Assembly: GCA_963820525.1 (NCBI GenBank)
Contig: CAWGAA010000003.1
Span: forward strand, 832,001 to 896,000
Length of the DNA: 64,000 nucleotides
Reading direction: 5' to 3'
Source: an uncultured Spirochaetota bacterium
Lineage (GTDB): Bacteria; Spirochaetota; Spirochaetia; SZUA-6; Fen-1364
Part shown: positions 51,548 through 62,887 of the stretch, piece by piece
Numbering within the stretch: position 1 is the stretch's first letter
Layout of the letters: every line of letters begins with the position of its first letter
Program-made: the position numbers and the translations under genes
The notes under the pieces: model-generated
Seen by the model: the letters and a program-made list of their open reading frames with translations, nothing else
Told to the model about the DNA's origin: nothing
The model's database searches: none

Positions 51548-51749
51548 TTGTTTCCGAGTGGTGATACGTTTTCTGTTTTCCGTCATGTTCGCGGACTCAT
51601 CACCCCCCATCGCGGCTCCTTGCTTTTTCCCCTTGAAACAACGGATGGGATACGGAAAGGCATTCGGCGAACACAGTCCGGTTGCAAAATATGGCGAGTG
51701 CCCCCTATACTTTCAGAGCCGCAATTGGCGTAGAAAAGCGGAGGAGCGC

Positions 51750-52631
51750 ATGCCCGTCAAGGTACTCTTGGACACCGATATTGGCAGCGACATTGATGAC
51801 GCCGTGGCGCTGGCCTATCTGCTGGCCAATCCCGAATGCCGGCTCATGGGGATCACAACGGTCACCGGGGAAGCGCACAAAAGGGCGGAGCTGGCCAGCG
51901 TGTTGTGCAGGGCGGCGGGACGCCAGGTCCCCATTATGCCAGGCGCGGAGCTGCCCCTGTTGATAGAGCAGGCTCAGCCACGGGCGCCGCAGTCCGCCGC
52001 ATTGGAGAGATGGCCGCATGACGCCGACTTCCCGCAGGGCCAGGCGGTGGACTTCCTCCGCCGCACCATCAGGGCCAACCCGGGTGAGATTGTCCTTCTC
52101 TCCATTGGCCCGCTCACGAACATTGCCCTTCTGTTTGCCATGGACCCCGGGATCCCGGCGCTCCTGAAGGGGATGATGTCCATGTGCGGGGTCTTCACCA
52201 ATCGCGCCGCGGGATGGGGCCCGCGGGAATGGAACGCAATGGTGGATCCCCATGCCACGGCAATTGTCTATCGGCATCACATCCCCTTCCACCGCTCCAT
52301 TGGGCTGGACGTGACCAGCCGCGTCTCCTTGGACGCCGCGGAGCTGAAAAGCAGGTTCCAGGCGGACATCCTGAAGCCCGTCCTGGACTTTGCAAAGGTG
52401 TGGTTCCGGCACGCGGACCGGGTTGTTTTCCATGATCCCCTTGCGGCGGCGGCTCTCTTCAACCCGGATATCTGCGGCTACCAGCGCGGCACGGTTGACG
52501 TGGAGCTTGCAAGCCCCCGGCTTTCCGGCCTCACCCACTGGACACCGGACCCTTCAGGCGGCAGGCATGAGGTGGCCCTGGAGGTGAACGCCGGCGGTTT
52601 CTTTGAGCGCTTCTTTTCCGTCTTTACGTAG
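51750..52631 (+). CDS. Inosine/uridine-preferring nucleoside hydrolase
   Basis: [22 protein letters not shown]. Confidence 0.92.
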   Translation: MPVKVLLDTDIGSDIDDAVALAYLLANPECRLMGITTVTGEAHKRAELASVLCRAAGRQVPIMPGAELPLLIEQAQPRAPQSAALERWPHDADFPQGQAVDFLRRTIRANPGEIVLLSIGPLTNIALLFAMDPGIPALLKGMMSMCGVFTNRAAGWGPREWNAMVDPHATAIVYRHHIPFHRSIGLDVTSRVSLDAAELKSRFQADILKPVLDFAKVWFRHADRVVFHDPLAAAALFNPDICGYQRGTVDVELASPRLSGLTHWTPDPSGGRHEVALEVNAGGFFERFFSVFT

Positions 52632-52760
52632 AGTGCGAGGGCTATTCCACCGTGAATGAGGCCCCAGCTTCAGGATAACCACCCCGCGGTCCTTGGCGGC
52701 CGCCCGAAAGAATCGCTCAATAATCCCGTTCTGCCCGGGCGTATAACGGGTGATGAACTC

Positions 52761-53195
52761 CTATTTCTTCACCACTTGCAGGCGGCACCACGCATACAAG
52801 GCATCGTAGAGTTCGAACTGATGCGCCAGGTTCTCCGCGTCGTCGGGGAACCGGAGGCTGAAACCGCTGGCCATGGCTTCCAGGCCGCGGGCGATCGGGT
52901 CGGAATCAATGTCTTTTTCCACGTCGGCGGCGTGAACGATTTTCGCCAGGCGGACCAGTCCCGGATCCTTCAGCCCATATTTGAGCATGATGGATTCGAA
53001 CGAACAGCGGCCGTCCACGTGCCCAAGCTCGACATCCGGCGCGTCAAAGGGAATCGCTCCGGTCTCCCCGGCAACCTTTGCTATCTGGCTCGCGGGGACG
53101 AACAGGAACTCGGCGTCACTGTCTACAAAACGCGCGATCATCCACGGGCAGGCCACGCGGTCCACATGGACGTGGGAACGGGTAATCCATTTCAT
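52761..53195 (-). CDS. Chromate-resistance ChrB C-terminal domain protein
   Basis: MKWITR...VDRVACPW.I.RFVD..AEFLFV...PFD. Confidence 0.85.
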   Translation of the reverse strand: MKWITRSHVHVDRVACPWMIARFVDSDAEFLFVPASQIAKVAGETGAIPFDAPDVELGHVDGRCSFESIMLKYGLKDPGLVRLAKIVHAADVEKDIDSDPIARGLEAMASGFSLRFPDDAENLAHQFELYDALYAWCRLQVVKK

Positions 53196-53278
53196 TCGCC
53201 CATGGTAGCAGAAGACGAATCTCCTTCAAATACCGGTATTTCCGGTCAGGCCCCATTCCCTTCCTTGCCTGCTCAGCA

Positions 53279-53575
53279 GTGATCGGTGCGGCGATTGCGG
53301 CCGCCGCCAGTTCCTGGACGACCCTTCTGCAGCGGGGGACGCCGGATGACTTGCGCGGGCGTATCTTCGGGATTTCGACGACCCTGGGTAGCGCGTCCCT
53401 TCCGCTCGGAATGGCCCTTGCCGGATTCGCGTTGGACCGCATCCAATTCGGCATGATCTTCGCTCCGGGCGGGGTCATGCTCATCCTGATGGGGATTCTG
53501 CTCGGCCTGGTTTTCGCCAGGCGCCGGCAGCGCGAACGCGCCCGCGCTGTTTCCGACGCTCGTCAAGCCGGCTGA
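53279..53575 (+). pseudogene. MFS transporter C-terminal fragment
   Basis: LQ..TPDDLRGRIFG...LG.ALAG. Confidence 0.55.
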
Positions 53576-53719
53576 TGCTTTCAAGAGCTTGCCAGCTTGT
53601 GGATAGTATAGCCGTCTTTCCGCAAACACGGCGTCCGACGCCATGATATCCCTGCGCCGTCCGAAAGGCCCTGACGCGCGCGGCAATAATGACCCTCGCG
53701 CCGAAGTAGTCCTCTCTTC

Positions 53720-56700
53720 TTATCTGACTGGTAGAAACGCTGCTCCCATAAGATACAGATTCCGGTCTTCCCGGCCCTGGCCCAGCCACAGGTCGTTGGT
53801 GAACTCCACGGTGAGCTCGTGGTCTCCGGCCTCGAGATAGGCTTCACCGGCTTTGAACTCCGCAGGGATGCTGGAGTCCAGCTCTGGCTCCCCGATTTTT
53901 TTCCCATCGACGCGTACCAAGGCCTTGGCGTACACTCCTTTGGCGGGGCTTGAATAGCCCCGGAGGATGATCGTATATTCTCCAGCCGCGGCGCAGGAGA
54001 AGGTCGATCTTACCGTACCAGCCGAGGCCAAGCTCAGTTCGGTATCTGCTCGGCTGAAAACGGATATGCTCCCGGTCGGTTCGAAGGCGGGCGGATCAAT
54101 CCACTCGGGGTTCCTCTCCGGCACCAAAAACGAGGAGCCCAGGTTCGCAAAGAGCGTCGAGGCAAAGCGGAAGCCCTTGACGCGGTTGGACGCATTCGTG
54201 TCCCAGCGGACGCAGTCGAGCACGACCCGCAGATGGGAAGACGGAACGGCTGCCGCCAAGGCCGGCGGCAGCGAGAAGATGGTGAATCCGGAGAAGGCGA
54301 TTGGTTCCCGGTCGACGAGCAGGGCATCGATGAAAACATTCCGGTCTTCGCCGTTCCGGCAAAGGTCATTGATGAAAGACAATTCCAGCTTTACCCTTCC
54401 GCTGGGGAGTCGAACCAGGAACGGCCACGACTGTTTTTCCTTACCCGCAACGCTTACCTGGGCGACGGGCCGGCCATCGGCTTTGACAAGGACGGCGGGC
54501 CAATCGCCTTCGGCGCTCGTGCCCCAGGCCGCCAGGGAAAGTTTATACAAGCCCTCCCTCGCCACGTTGATCTCGCCTTGAGCCGTTCCATTGGTGTAGA
54601 AAGCGACGGCTTGTCCATTCTCCGTCAGTTGCACGAAAGTGCCCGTCAGGTTCCAGGCTTCCACCTCATGCCTGTCTTGAGCCTTCTGGGGCGAGAGAAT
54701 ATCGAGCGCGCGGTCGATGACGGTGAGATCGGAGTCCACCTCTCGATACCAGTTCGATGGAGCGAACGGCTTAAGAAAACATAAGTCTTCCCGGAGAACG
54801 CCGTCCAGAACAGGATCGTTCTTCTCCAAGAGGCTTAAAGGACCTACGGCGGGAACGATGGTCGTCTCTTCCAAGCCCAAAGACGTCTTGAGCTTGTCGA
54901 ACGACTCTTTTTCCGGCGCGTGCCAGTAGATGGTGAGCGGAGTATTGCCCTTGGCCAGGCTTTCGAGGAGCGGAGCGAGCGCCTCGATTTTTTTCCCGCC
55001 GCCCTGGAATATGAGCAATCCCGATTTTTCGAGATCGGCTACGGTGGGACGCTCGGGCAGAGGGGCGTACGCGATACCAAGCTCGTCCAGCCTTTTTCTA
55101 AAAGCCGCCCCGTCCTTTTCTCCTTCCGCGAGGAGGGCGGTTTGAGAGTTCCCGGCAAAGGTTGAAAGGTAAGTGACGGCATTCCCGATGAGCCTTCGGG
55201 CGGCCGGTTCGGTGCCGAATTTGGTTCCCGCCAGGGCCTGGCAGAAGATGGCCTTGCCTTTCCCGACGTTAATCTCGACCAGGGGGGCCTGGTCGAGGGT
55301 GGAAAGCCCGCCGGAAACGAGGAGGGCCTTGGCTCCCAGGCGAACCGGCCGACGAATTTCCTTCCACGTCACCCGATGATCGCCCCGCCAAAACTTGAAG
55401 GCCTCGCCATCCAAACCCGCCAAGAGCGGATGTTTCATGGAAACCGGGAAGGTCATCGTCGAGGAATGGGAAACGAGTGACAGTTCGGGCATTATTCCAG
55501 CAAACGTCTCCTGCTCCAGGACGAGGGCACGGCCGCCGTTTTCCAGGAACCGCCGGAAGAAGAGCGCATCGGTATTTTCGACGCCGATGACCGGAATCAC
55601 AGTCTTCGTTCTTTTATCTGCGAAAGCATAAGGCCCGACAATGAGGATTGATTTGGCAGGATCGCTTTGGGGAAGCTCATCCAGTTTTTTGAGTTCTTTT
55701 ACTCCGGCCTTTTCAGCAGTGTCGAGGAATTTCCCGTTGGGATCGAAGACCAGGAGCGATATCCCGGCCGGGGATAAAAGCGGCTGTTTTTCGTACACCA
55801 GGAAACGGGTATCGAAGAAGTGGATTTTCTTCCCGTCGATGTACAAACCGGCGTTGAATGAAAGGCCGGCGGGTGCGGGCTTTTCGGGCAGCTTAACCGT
55901 GACCGTGACCACCTTGTGCCCGGCCGGTTCGAGGAGGAAGCTCTCGGCATACCCCGCGGCCCAGCCCTCAAGGCTCACGCGCACCTCGATCTTTTTAGCC
56001 TCCACGCTGTCGTTGAAGACATCGAAACTCCGCGTCACCTTTTCGCCCGTGAAAAATCTGGTATCGAACTCTTGAGGGAAGACGGCTACGGGTTCATAGG
56101 CTTTTTTTTGCGCGGCGAAAAACGGGCTTGCCACATTAATTCTTCCGCCTTCGTCGGCGATCGTCCAGGGACACATGCCCGAGACCCCACCGCGGCGGTA
56201 GGCGACGGTCTGGATTTCCCAGGCGCGGGCTCTGGCCAGTTCCTGGTTTTTTCCCCGATCGAGGTAGGCCTCGTCCCCAAAAAAAACGCTCCCCGGCGAA
56301 TAATCCTGGTAAAACAACCCCAGATACTCGCCGATGTAGAGAGGTTTTTTTCGCTCCCAGAAAAAATCCTTGTTCCAGCTTCCGGCCGTGCCGCCCGCCG
56401 TACCCGTGGTCACGGTGGTACCGAGCCAGTCGGCGGTGTTGGGGTAATCGGTATTCTCCGGCATTTCGCGCGGGTAATGGAGACCGATGACGTCGGCAGC
56501 GCCCCCGGGGTCGTGGTCCGCCTCGTAGGTTATGAGGTGTGTAGGATCGAGCGCCTTCACTTTGCGCCCGACCTCGGCCAGGCGCGCCTCGGCGCAGGCG
56601 CAATGGCGCGAGGCCCCGCAGTGGAGGAGCTCGTTTTCCACGCTCCACATGACCAGGCACGGATGGTTCCTGTCCCGCCTCACCATGCCGGATAAATGCG

Positions 56701-57934
56701 TCCAGACGTTCTCCCAGAAGCGTTCGTCGCCGTAGGCGTAACCGCCGCCCCCGTCGCACCAGAGCGCCCCCTCTTCCACGATTAAAAGCCCGGCCTCATC
56801 GGCCAGCTCGATCCAGCGGTGCTGCCAGGGTTGGGTGTGGAAGCGGAAGGCAACGGCGTTCGAGGCCTTGATGTTGGCGAGCGCCTGCTTTATTTCATCC
56901 GTGCCCTGGTAGCGCGGCGTAGGCCAGCCTGAGGAGGCCAAAAGATGCCTTTTAACTCCATTGAAGTAGAAATCGGGACCGACGGCCCACAGCTCCCGAA
57001 ACCCGAAACGCTCCTGGTAGCGGTCGAGCTCGGCGCCCGGGGGCCGGTCTTTGAGAACGAGAGTCAATACGTATTGATGCGGATCCTCCGGCGACCAATA
57101 ACGCGGTTTAGGAAACTCGGCGGAAAGCTTGAACTTCCCGTCCGGCGTCGGTTCTTGGCCGGGAAGGGGAAGAACTTTTTTATCCCCGTCGTAGACCGCG
57201 CCTTCGATCCAGAAGCCCGGTCGGCCTCCTACGATTTCTCCGGTGACCGTAATGTTATTGGCATTTCGCACCGAGGTGTTAATGGCCACGTCCTCGCAGT
57301 GCGCGTGCGGCCGCGCCAGCAGCGCGACGTCGTCCCAAATACCGAACCAGCCTAAGATCCCGCCGATGGGCGCGACCAGGCGGCCTTGGGGAACGCCGCG
57401 GAGCGTATCCCAATTGGGATCGGCATCCGTCGGCAGTTGGTAGCCGTCTTTGAAAACCGCGCTCCAGTCCTGACAACGGATTTCGAGGAGGAAACTCTCA
57501 CCCGGTTTAAGCCGGTCCGTGAGATCGGTATAAAATGGGGTGAAGCCCTCGAGCCGGGAGGCGACAAACGTCCCATTGCAATATACGGCGGCATTATAGC
57601 GCGCCCCGTAGAGGAGGAGATCGATCCGTTTTCCCTTGAAGGAATCCGGCACCAGCACTTCCTTCCGGTACCAGACATACCGGGTGCCTTGGATGGCGTT
57701 GCTCTCGGCCATGACCGGGATTTCGGCGGATCGCCACTCATTCACCCGGGGCGGGTAGGCCGGATCAACGGCGGTCGCCATGTCCCATTTCCCGTTCAAG
57801 CTCAGCTCCTGCCGTTCCCCGGAACTGAGATTCATTTCACCCGGGGGAGCGGGGCTGGCGACGTCAATGACCGCGATTAAGAGTACCGACGCTATCCAGG
57901 CGGACGACAAAATCTTCGGGCTCGCGGATTTCAT
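53720..57934 (-). CDS. Secreted glycoside hydrolase family 2 with C-terminal carbohydrate-binding-like modules
   Basis: SLNGKW, GFTPF, FGFRE, RDRNHP..VMWS.ENE, IGEY, two DRN motifs. Confidence 0.88.
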   Translation of the reverse strand: MKSASPKILSSAWIASVLLIAVIDVASPAPPGEMNLSSGERQELSLNGKWDMATAVDPAYPPRVNEWRSAEIPVMAESNAIQGTRYVWYRKEVLVPDSFKGKRIDLLLYGARYNAAVYCNGTFVASRLEGFTPFYTDLTDRLKPGESFLLEIRCQDWSAVFKDGYQLPTDADPNWDTLRGVPQGRLVAPIGGILGWFGIWDDVALLARPHAHCEDVAINTSVRNANNITVTGEIVGGRPGFWIEGAVYDGDKKVLPLPGQEPTPDGKFKLSAEFPKPRYWSPEDPHQYVLTLVLKDRPPGAELDRYQERFGFRELWAVGPDFYFNGVKRHLLASSGWPTPRYQGTDEIKQALANIKASNAVAFRFHTQPWQHRWIELADEAGLLIVEEGALWCDGGGGYAYGDERFWENVWTHLSGMVRRDRNHPCLVMWSVENELLHCGASRHCACAEARLAEVGRKVKALDPTHLITYEADHDPGGAADVIGLHYPREMPENTDYPNTADWLGTTVTTGTAGGTAGSWNKDFFWERKKPLYIGEYLGLFYQDYSPGSVFFGDEAYLDRGKNQELARARAWEIQTVAYRRGGVSGMCPWTIADEGGRINVASPFFAAQKKAYEPVAVFPQEFDTRFFTGEKVTRSFDVFNDSVEAKKIEVRVSLEGWAAGYAESFLLEPAGHKVVTVTVKLPEKPAPAGLSFNAGLYIDGKKIHFFDTRFLVYEKQPLLSPAGISLLVFDPNGKFLDTAEKAGVKELKKLDELPQSDPAKSILIVGPYAFADKRTKTVIPVIGVENTDALFFRRFLENGGRALVLEQETFAGIMPELSLVSHSSTMTFPVSMKHPLLAGLDGEAFKFWRGDHRVTWKEIRRPVRLGAKALLVSGGLSTLDQAPLVEINVGKGKAIFCQALAGTKFGTEPAARRLIGNAVTYLSTFAGNSQTALLAEGEKDGAAFRKRLDELGIAYAPLPERPTVADLEKSGLLIFQGGGKKIEALAPLLESLAKGNTPLTIYWHAPEKESFDKLKTSLGLEETTIVPAVGPLSLLEKNDPVLDGVLREDLCFLKPFAPSNWYREVDSDLTVIDRALDILSPQKAQDRHEVEAWNLTGTFVQLTENGQAVAFYTNGTAQGEINVAREGLYKLSLAAWGTSAEGDWPAVLVKADGRPVAQVSVAGKEKQSWPFLVRLPSGRVKLELSFINDLCRNGEDRNVFIDALLVDREPIAFSGFTIFSLPPALAAAVPSSHLRVVLDCVRWDTNASNRVKGFRFASTLFANLGSSFLVPERNPEWIDPPAFEPTGSISVFSRADTELSLASAGTVRSTFSCAAAGEYTIILRGYSSPAKGVYAKALVRVDGKKIGEPELDSSIPAEFKAGEAYLEAGDHELTVEFTNDLWLGQGREDRNLYLMGAAFLPVR

Positions 57935-58156
57935 AAAGCACCTTCCTCAAAACGATATATATCCGATCGCGGATATAAAGAAGAATGCGATCCCGCTAGT
58001 ATAAGCGCCGGTTGTTATCTGACACCTCCTTCTTTGTTCTCGGAGCGTCAGATTTGCTCTACACTACCTCACTTTTGCGAAACTCCCTTGTACCGGTGAC
58101 ATGAGGCTCCAGGGCGGTCGCGTGCCGGTGCGGCCGCCCCGGTTTCTCGCTTCAGT

Positions 58157-58573
58157 TTATTCGCTGTAGATTCGGACCTTTTGTTTGCCTTCGACATCCA
58201 CGGTCAGGTCATCCAGGTTGGCAATGAGCTCCTCGATATCTGCAGGCGTCAGCTTGGACAGGTCCGCATTGATGCCTTTCTCCCGCAGCGCATTCTTCAC
58301 CTGCGACTGCGCGTCGTCAGGCAGGAACGCGGCCAGCTTCAATCCCGCGCGGATCAGCTTCATGGGCACGCGCACATTGACCCGATCCACATTCTCCGCT
58401 CCCGGAACCGGATCGACCTGGATTCTCAGGTATTTCCGATTCCCGATGGACGCGGCCGGTTCCTCTCCGGATGCCCTCTGCGGCGAGACGGCTTCCAGGA
58501 GATTCTCTGCCTCTTCCACGCTAATCTTGCCCTGGTGAAGCATTTCCAGGATCTTTTTCGTTTCCTCGCTCAT
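58157..58573 (-). CDS. SHOCT-like domain protein
   Basis: EETKKILEML.QGKISVEEAE.LL; VNVRVP. Confidence 0.8.
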   Translation of the reverse strand: MSEETKKILEMLHQGKISVEEAENLLEAVSPQRASGEEPAASIGNRKYLRIQVDPVPGAENVDRVNVRVPMKLIRAGLKLAAFLPDDAQSQVKNALREKGINADLSKLTPADIEELIANLDDLTVDVEGKQKVRIYSE

Positions 58574-58584
58574 TCCTTTCCTCC

Positions 58585-58863
58585 TTATTCGAAAGCAATG
58601 CGCACGCTGTGGTTCATGCGTGTCGCGACATCGACTCTCAGACCCGATGCTGCAAAGACAATTTTGAAAAAGACAGGATAAAGGAGAAGAAGCCGCTTCC
58701 CTGGCCCGTGAGGGATGGTGACCAGGGCCGCGATGAGCATGAAGGGCAGGATGGCGATCAAAAGCGCGATCGCGATGATCCACACGATGATCGCGGGAAA
58801 GAACAACCTCACTCTCCTGTTGTCCCTGTTTTGAACTTCAAGACTCATTATCATTGGGATCAT
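58585..58863 (-). CDS. Small membrane protein
   Basis: In an operon between DUF2089 and SHOCT genes. Confidence 0.65.
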   Translation of the reverse strand: MIPMIMSLEVQNRDNRRVRLFFPAIIVWIIAIALLIAILPFMLIAALVTIPHGPGKRLLLLYPVFFKIVFAASGLRVDVATRMNHSVRIAFE

Positions 58864-59228
58864 TTTCCACCTCCGAGATTCTTCAGGGCTTGATCCGCGG
58901 TGATCTCCCCTTTATCCAGTTTTTCAAGGACCTCCAGACGCGACGTCGGAGGATTGATTTCCACGAATTCCAGCTTTCCGGCGATGGCGGCCAGACGGTT
59001 CTTGACCGTTGGGTAGCTGATGCCGAAGAGCTGCTCCATCTCCTTGATGGAGCCATGACAGCGCAGGAAAGCGGTGACAAAGACCTGGTCTTCCATTGTC
59101 AGACGAGCCATGGGTGGCAGCTCAAAATTGCCCTCCACGGCTATCCCCGATGACGTCAATCTGACGCGCTCTATCGTGAAAGGCTCACCTCGCGTCATCT
59201 TGGTTAATTCCTGCCAATCGTTCTTCAT
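58860..59228 (-). CDS. DUF2089-family protein
   Basis: EGNF...F...F....GSIKEME...GISYPTVKNRL. Confidence 0.88.
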   Translation of the reverse strand: MKNDWQELTKMTRGEPFTIERVRLTSSGIAVEGNFELPPMARLTMEDQVFVTAFLRCHGSIKEMEQLFGISYPTVKNRLAAIAGKLEFVEINPPTSRLEVLEKLDKGEITADQALKNLGGGK

Positions 59229-59331
59229 TCTGAAAGAAGTATACTACATTCATTCAAAATAATCAATACCCAAATAATAAAAATAAACTATTTCTAACAC
59301 CAAATATTGATTTTATTGAGTATTTGAATAT

Positions 59332-59443
59332 TTCGGCGCCTTTGGGGCGTCTCGGGCTCCACGGCGCTTCAGCGCGCCGCTCCGCCACATGGCCCTCAGC
59401 CTTTTTGGCCTCGGGCCACGTCGCATATGTGCGGCCGTTATAG
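59332..59443 (+). repeat. Orphan A-type attC lacking its left arm
   Basis: Closely matches the 3439-3551 interior and ends gcggcc-GTTATAG. Confidence 0.75.
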
Positions 59444-59545
59444 GCCGAATACATATCGGTGTGAATTCCGGCGTTTTCACCGCAAACCGTTCACCGTGAT
59501 GAATAAGGCCGAGAAGCGTCAGGCTTATTTCGCCTGTCCGGCTTG

Positions 59546-60787
59546 CTAGGCAGCCACACTTTTCCGCGACCCCGCCACATGCGCCAGCGCCGCTCCCGCG
59601 GCGAACAGCGCTATGTTCAGGATAAACGGCAGGTTCTTGTCGATCTGTGAGAGACTTCCGGCAATCCAGCCGAACGGCGAGGTAAGAAGGATGATGCCCA
59701 CATACAGGAGGGATTGAATACGGGCGCGTTCATGCGCGCTGACGGTCACGACGGTCATCCGATCCACCAGGGGGCTGACGGCGGCAAAACTGCATGCTTC
59801 CAGAAAAACGCTGAAGATCAGCGAGGGATATCCCAATTCTGGGGCGGTGATCAGCAGCACCTGGCTCACGATAAAGCCCAGAAACCCGACAACCATGGGC
59901 GCCCGGAAGTGCATCTTCTTGAGGCGCGGCATCACGGCAAAGAAGAATGCCAGCATGACGGCGGATTTTATGAAGGGAAAGACGGCGATGTTCTTCGCGG
60001 GGATGTGCAGTTTTTCCGTTACGATGATGGCCCAAAAGCTGCTGCCGATCAGGGTGGAGATGCTGAGCACCAGCATGAGTGCCGCCGTGGTGAGGGTGTG
60101 CGGAGAACGGAGCAAGTGGGCCAACACCTCCCCGTATCCCCTCAAGATGCCGAAGACGCTCTGATTGCGCGTCTGCCGGATGCGCACTACTCCCTGCGCG
60201 GTCTCCTGCGTGGTGGCATACGTCACGACCGCTTTCACCGTGAACATGAGCCCGGCGAACAGGTACAGCCCGCGCATGGTGGGAACGAGGGAGAAGAAGC
60301 CGATTAAAACCCCCGCCAGTGGGGCTATGAATCCCACGATCAGATTGGCAATATAAACCCAGGAATAAATGTCCACCAATTGAGAGGGCTCTGCATCCTC
60401 CACGAGGAGACAGGTCCATGAGTTCTGCGTGATGCGCCAGACGCTGTTGACCACCCCGGCGGCCAGGAAATACCAGAAGTTTTGCGCCGCCGCCGAAATC
60501 AGTGCCGGGATCGCCCAGGCCACGATGTCGAAGATCAGAGTGGTGAGCCGGCGTCCGAGCTTGTCCGTCACCGCGCCGCTCAACAAAGCCAGGAAGATCT
60601 GGAACCCCCAACTGACGCTGAGAATCAGGCCGATCTGCCTGTCCGTCAGTCCGAGCGCCACCATGAAGATGGAAATATAGGGAAGGTACAGGTTGTAGGG
60701 GATGCCCCAAAGGGGCTCGGCATAGACACATCCCCTCGGGTTACCGCGCAGGCTTTTAAGGGTGGCGATAAGGGAATGTTCTTTCAA
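59546..60787 (-). CDS. MFS transporter
   Basis: GAVTDKLGRR motif A; about 12 TM segments. Confidence 0.9.
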   Translation of the reverse strand: MKEHSLIATLKSLRGNPRGCVYAEPLWGIPYNLYLPYISIFMVALGLTDRQIGLILSVSWGFQIFLALLSGAVTDKLGRRLTTLIFDIVAWAIPALISAAAQNFWYFLAAGVVNSVWRITQNSWTCLLVEDAEPSQLVDIYSWVYIANLIVGFIAPLAGVLIGFFSLVPTMRGLYLFAGLMFTVKAVVTYATTQETAQGVVRIRQTRNQSVFGILRGYGEVLAHLLRSPHTLTTAALMLVLSISTLIGSSFWAIIVTEKLHIPAKNIAVFPFIKSAVMLAFFFAVMPRLKKMHFRAPMVVGFLGFIVSQVLLITAPELGYPSLIFSVFLEACSFAAVSPLVDRMTVVTVSAHERARIQSLLYVGIILLTSPFGWIAGSLSQIDKNLPFILNIALFAAGAALAHVAGSRKSVAA

Positions 60788-60879
60788 GGAATAACCTCTC
60801 GATGGGTCGGCCGCAAGGCCGGCTCACGGCGCGCCGCGGGCCCGCTTTGGCGCAACTATCCTCTTCCTTTGGCCCGCTG

Positions 60880-61061
60880 TCAATGTGTCGTGGAGGTCTC
60901 CTCGCCGAAGTCCATATTCCGCCCCCGCTCACCGCAGCCGCTAGCTTTGTCCCATCTGCGGAGGAGGCGATACAAGTCCAATACAAGCTTCCTGGATCGG
61001 CATGTTCGCTCCAACTATTCCCAGAATCTGTAGAGGTCAAAATAGATCCACCGCTGATCAC
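60880..61061 (-). pseudogene. Fragment of a BNR/beta-propeller repeat protein
   Basis: TSTDSGNSW...IASSADGTKL.AA..GG.IWTS. Confidence 0.45.
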
Positions 61062-61258
61062 TGCGGCAAGCTTCTTGCCGTTGCAGGCCGTCCTATTTCA
61101 ACGACTGCGAATGTGCGAAAGAAAGTATTCGTTAACACAATGAACGCCGGGTGCGGAAAAGTCCAAAAAATAGCCAAGCAGTGCAAAGACAGCATGCCCA
61201 TCGCGCCTGTAGAATGGCCGCCGATACATCGGGCAATGCTTGAACGCTTCGAGGCGCC

Positions 61259-62887
61259 GTGATTGGCGGCTTGCGGGAAAGGAGCCCTCTGTGCAGCATG
61301 ATTCTTGGGGACCGGAACCCGTTCGGAGAAAATGTGACTGCGATTGAAAAATTTCGATCGAAATATCTGACGCCTTTCGCGCTGCTCGTTGGCGCGTTCG
61401 CCGTGGCAAAGCTCATCATTCACCTTTTGACGGCGACCGGCTATGGCTACCTTGGTGACGAGCTCTATGCGATCGACCTCAGCAAGCACCTCGCATTCGG
61501 GTACGTCGACCTTCCGCCGCTCCTTCCCGCCCTGATGGCTTTGAACCGGGCGGTGTTGGGAGATTCCCTCTTCGCGATTCATCTCTTGCCCGCGCTGGCC
61601 GGTTCCGCAACGCTCGTGTTCGTGTGCCTCATCACCCGGGAGCTCGGCGGCAAGTTGTTCGCCACCGCTTTGAGCGCACTGGCGTTCATCACGACGCCTT
61701 TCTGGCTCATGATGGACTCCATTTTCGGGTATGACGCCTTCGATCAGCTCGCATTGGCTGTGTTTCTCTACGTGCTCGTCCGGCTCATTCGAACGCAAAA
61801 CTTGAAGCTCTGGCTGCTCCTGGGATTGGCCGCGGGAATCGCGTGCCTGACCAAGACGACCATTCTGTACATGGCCCCCGGTCTGCTCGTGGCGGTTGTC
61901 TGTACGAAATACCGCAGACACCTGATCACCCCCTGGCCCTGGCTGGCGCTGGGAATCTTTCTGATCGTTATTTCTCCCTATCTGCTGTGGGAATACGCCA
62001 ACCACTGGCCGACCCTGGAATATTGGGGCGGCTATAAGTCCTTCCAATTGGGAGAGTTGTCGATCACGGAGTACCTGACCAACATCTTTCTGGGAATGAA
62101 TCCGCTGTTGAGCCCGCTTTTCCTTGTCGGTCTGTACGCCACCTTCAGACGCCGTCGCGATACCCGCTACGGCCTCCTCAGCATCATGTTCTGTGTGACG
62201 TTTGTATTTCTGTTCGTCTTGAGCGCCAAATATTTCATGCTGGCGGCCCTTTTCGTTCCCCTCCTTACCGCCGGATCGGCATTCGTCGAGGAGAAGCTCT
62301 CGGGATGGAAATGGAGAAGATCCGCGGAAATCGTCATCCTTTCCTGCCTCCTGCTGGTAGGAGTCGTCATCGCCCCCGCCAACCTGCCTCTTCTTCCGCC
62401 GCCCGTCATGACAAAGTACGCAGATTCCTTCGGGTTTCTCTACAAGCCGATCAAGGCCGGCCCGTATCCTACGACTGATTTCCCACCCATCCTGCACAAC
62501 AGGCTGGGCTGGGACGCGTTGGCCCAGGTCGTCGGCGCCGTCTATAACGCCCTCCCCGAGGAAGAGCGGGCAGGGGTCGGGATCTATGCCGACTGGTTCG
62601 GCCCGGCGGGCGCCATAAACCATTTCGGACCGCTCTACGGCCTTCCCCGCGCGGTCAGCGGCCATATCACGTACTACCTGTGGGGTCCGGGATATTCATG
62701 GAACGAGATGATAATCGCGACGTTGAACATCGATGGATTTCGTGGTTTCTTCAGCGACATACAGCAGAAGGTTTTTTTCGAATATGAACATGCCTCGCCG
62801 ATCGCCACGAATATCGGTATCTATGTGTGCAAAGGGGCGACGATGAGCGCCAAAGAGATATGGCCGTATTTGAAGTTCTACAAGTAG
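61259..62887 (+). CDS. Glycosyltransferase family 39 (PMT_2/ArnT-like)
   Basis: GDELY...HLAFGYVDLPPL; multi-TM; SGH..Y.LWG; start uncertain. Confidence 0.88.
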   Translation: MIGGLRERSPLCSMILGDRNPFGENVTAIEKFRSKYLTPFALLVGAFAVAKLIIHLLTATGYGYLGDELYAIDLSKHLAFGYVDLPPLLPALMALNRAVLGDSLFAIHLLPALAGSATLVFVCLITRELGGKLFATALSALAFITTPFWLMMDSIFGYDAFDQLALAVFLYVLVRLIRTQNLKLWLLLGLAAGIACLTKTTILYMAPGLLVAVVCTKYRRHLITPWPWLALGIFLIVISPYLLWEYANHWPTLEYWGGYKSFQLGELSITEYLTNIFLGMNPLLSPLFLVGLYATFRRRRDTRYGLLSIMFCVTFVFLFVLSAKYFMLAALFVPLLTAGSAFVEEKLSGWKWRRSAEIVILSCLLLVGVVIAPANLPLLPPPVMTKYADSFGFLYKPIKAGPYPTTDFPPILHNRLGWDALAQVVGAVYNALPEEERAGVGIYADWFGPAGAINHFGPLYGLPRAVSGHITYYLWGPGYSWNEMIIATLNIDGFRGFFSDIQQKVFFEYEHASPIATNIGIYVCKGATMSAKEIWPYLKFYK

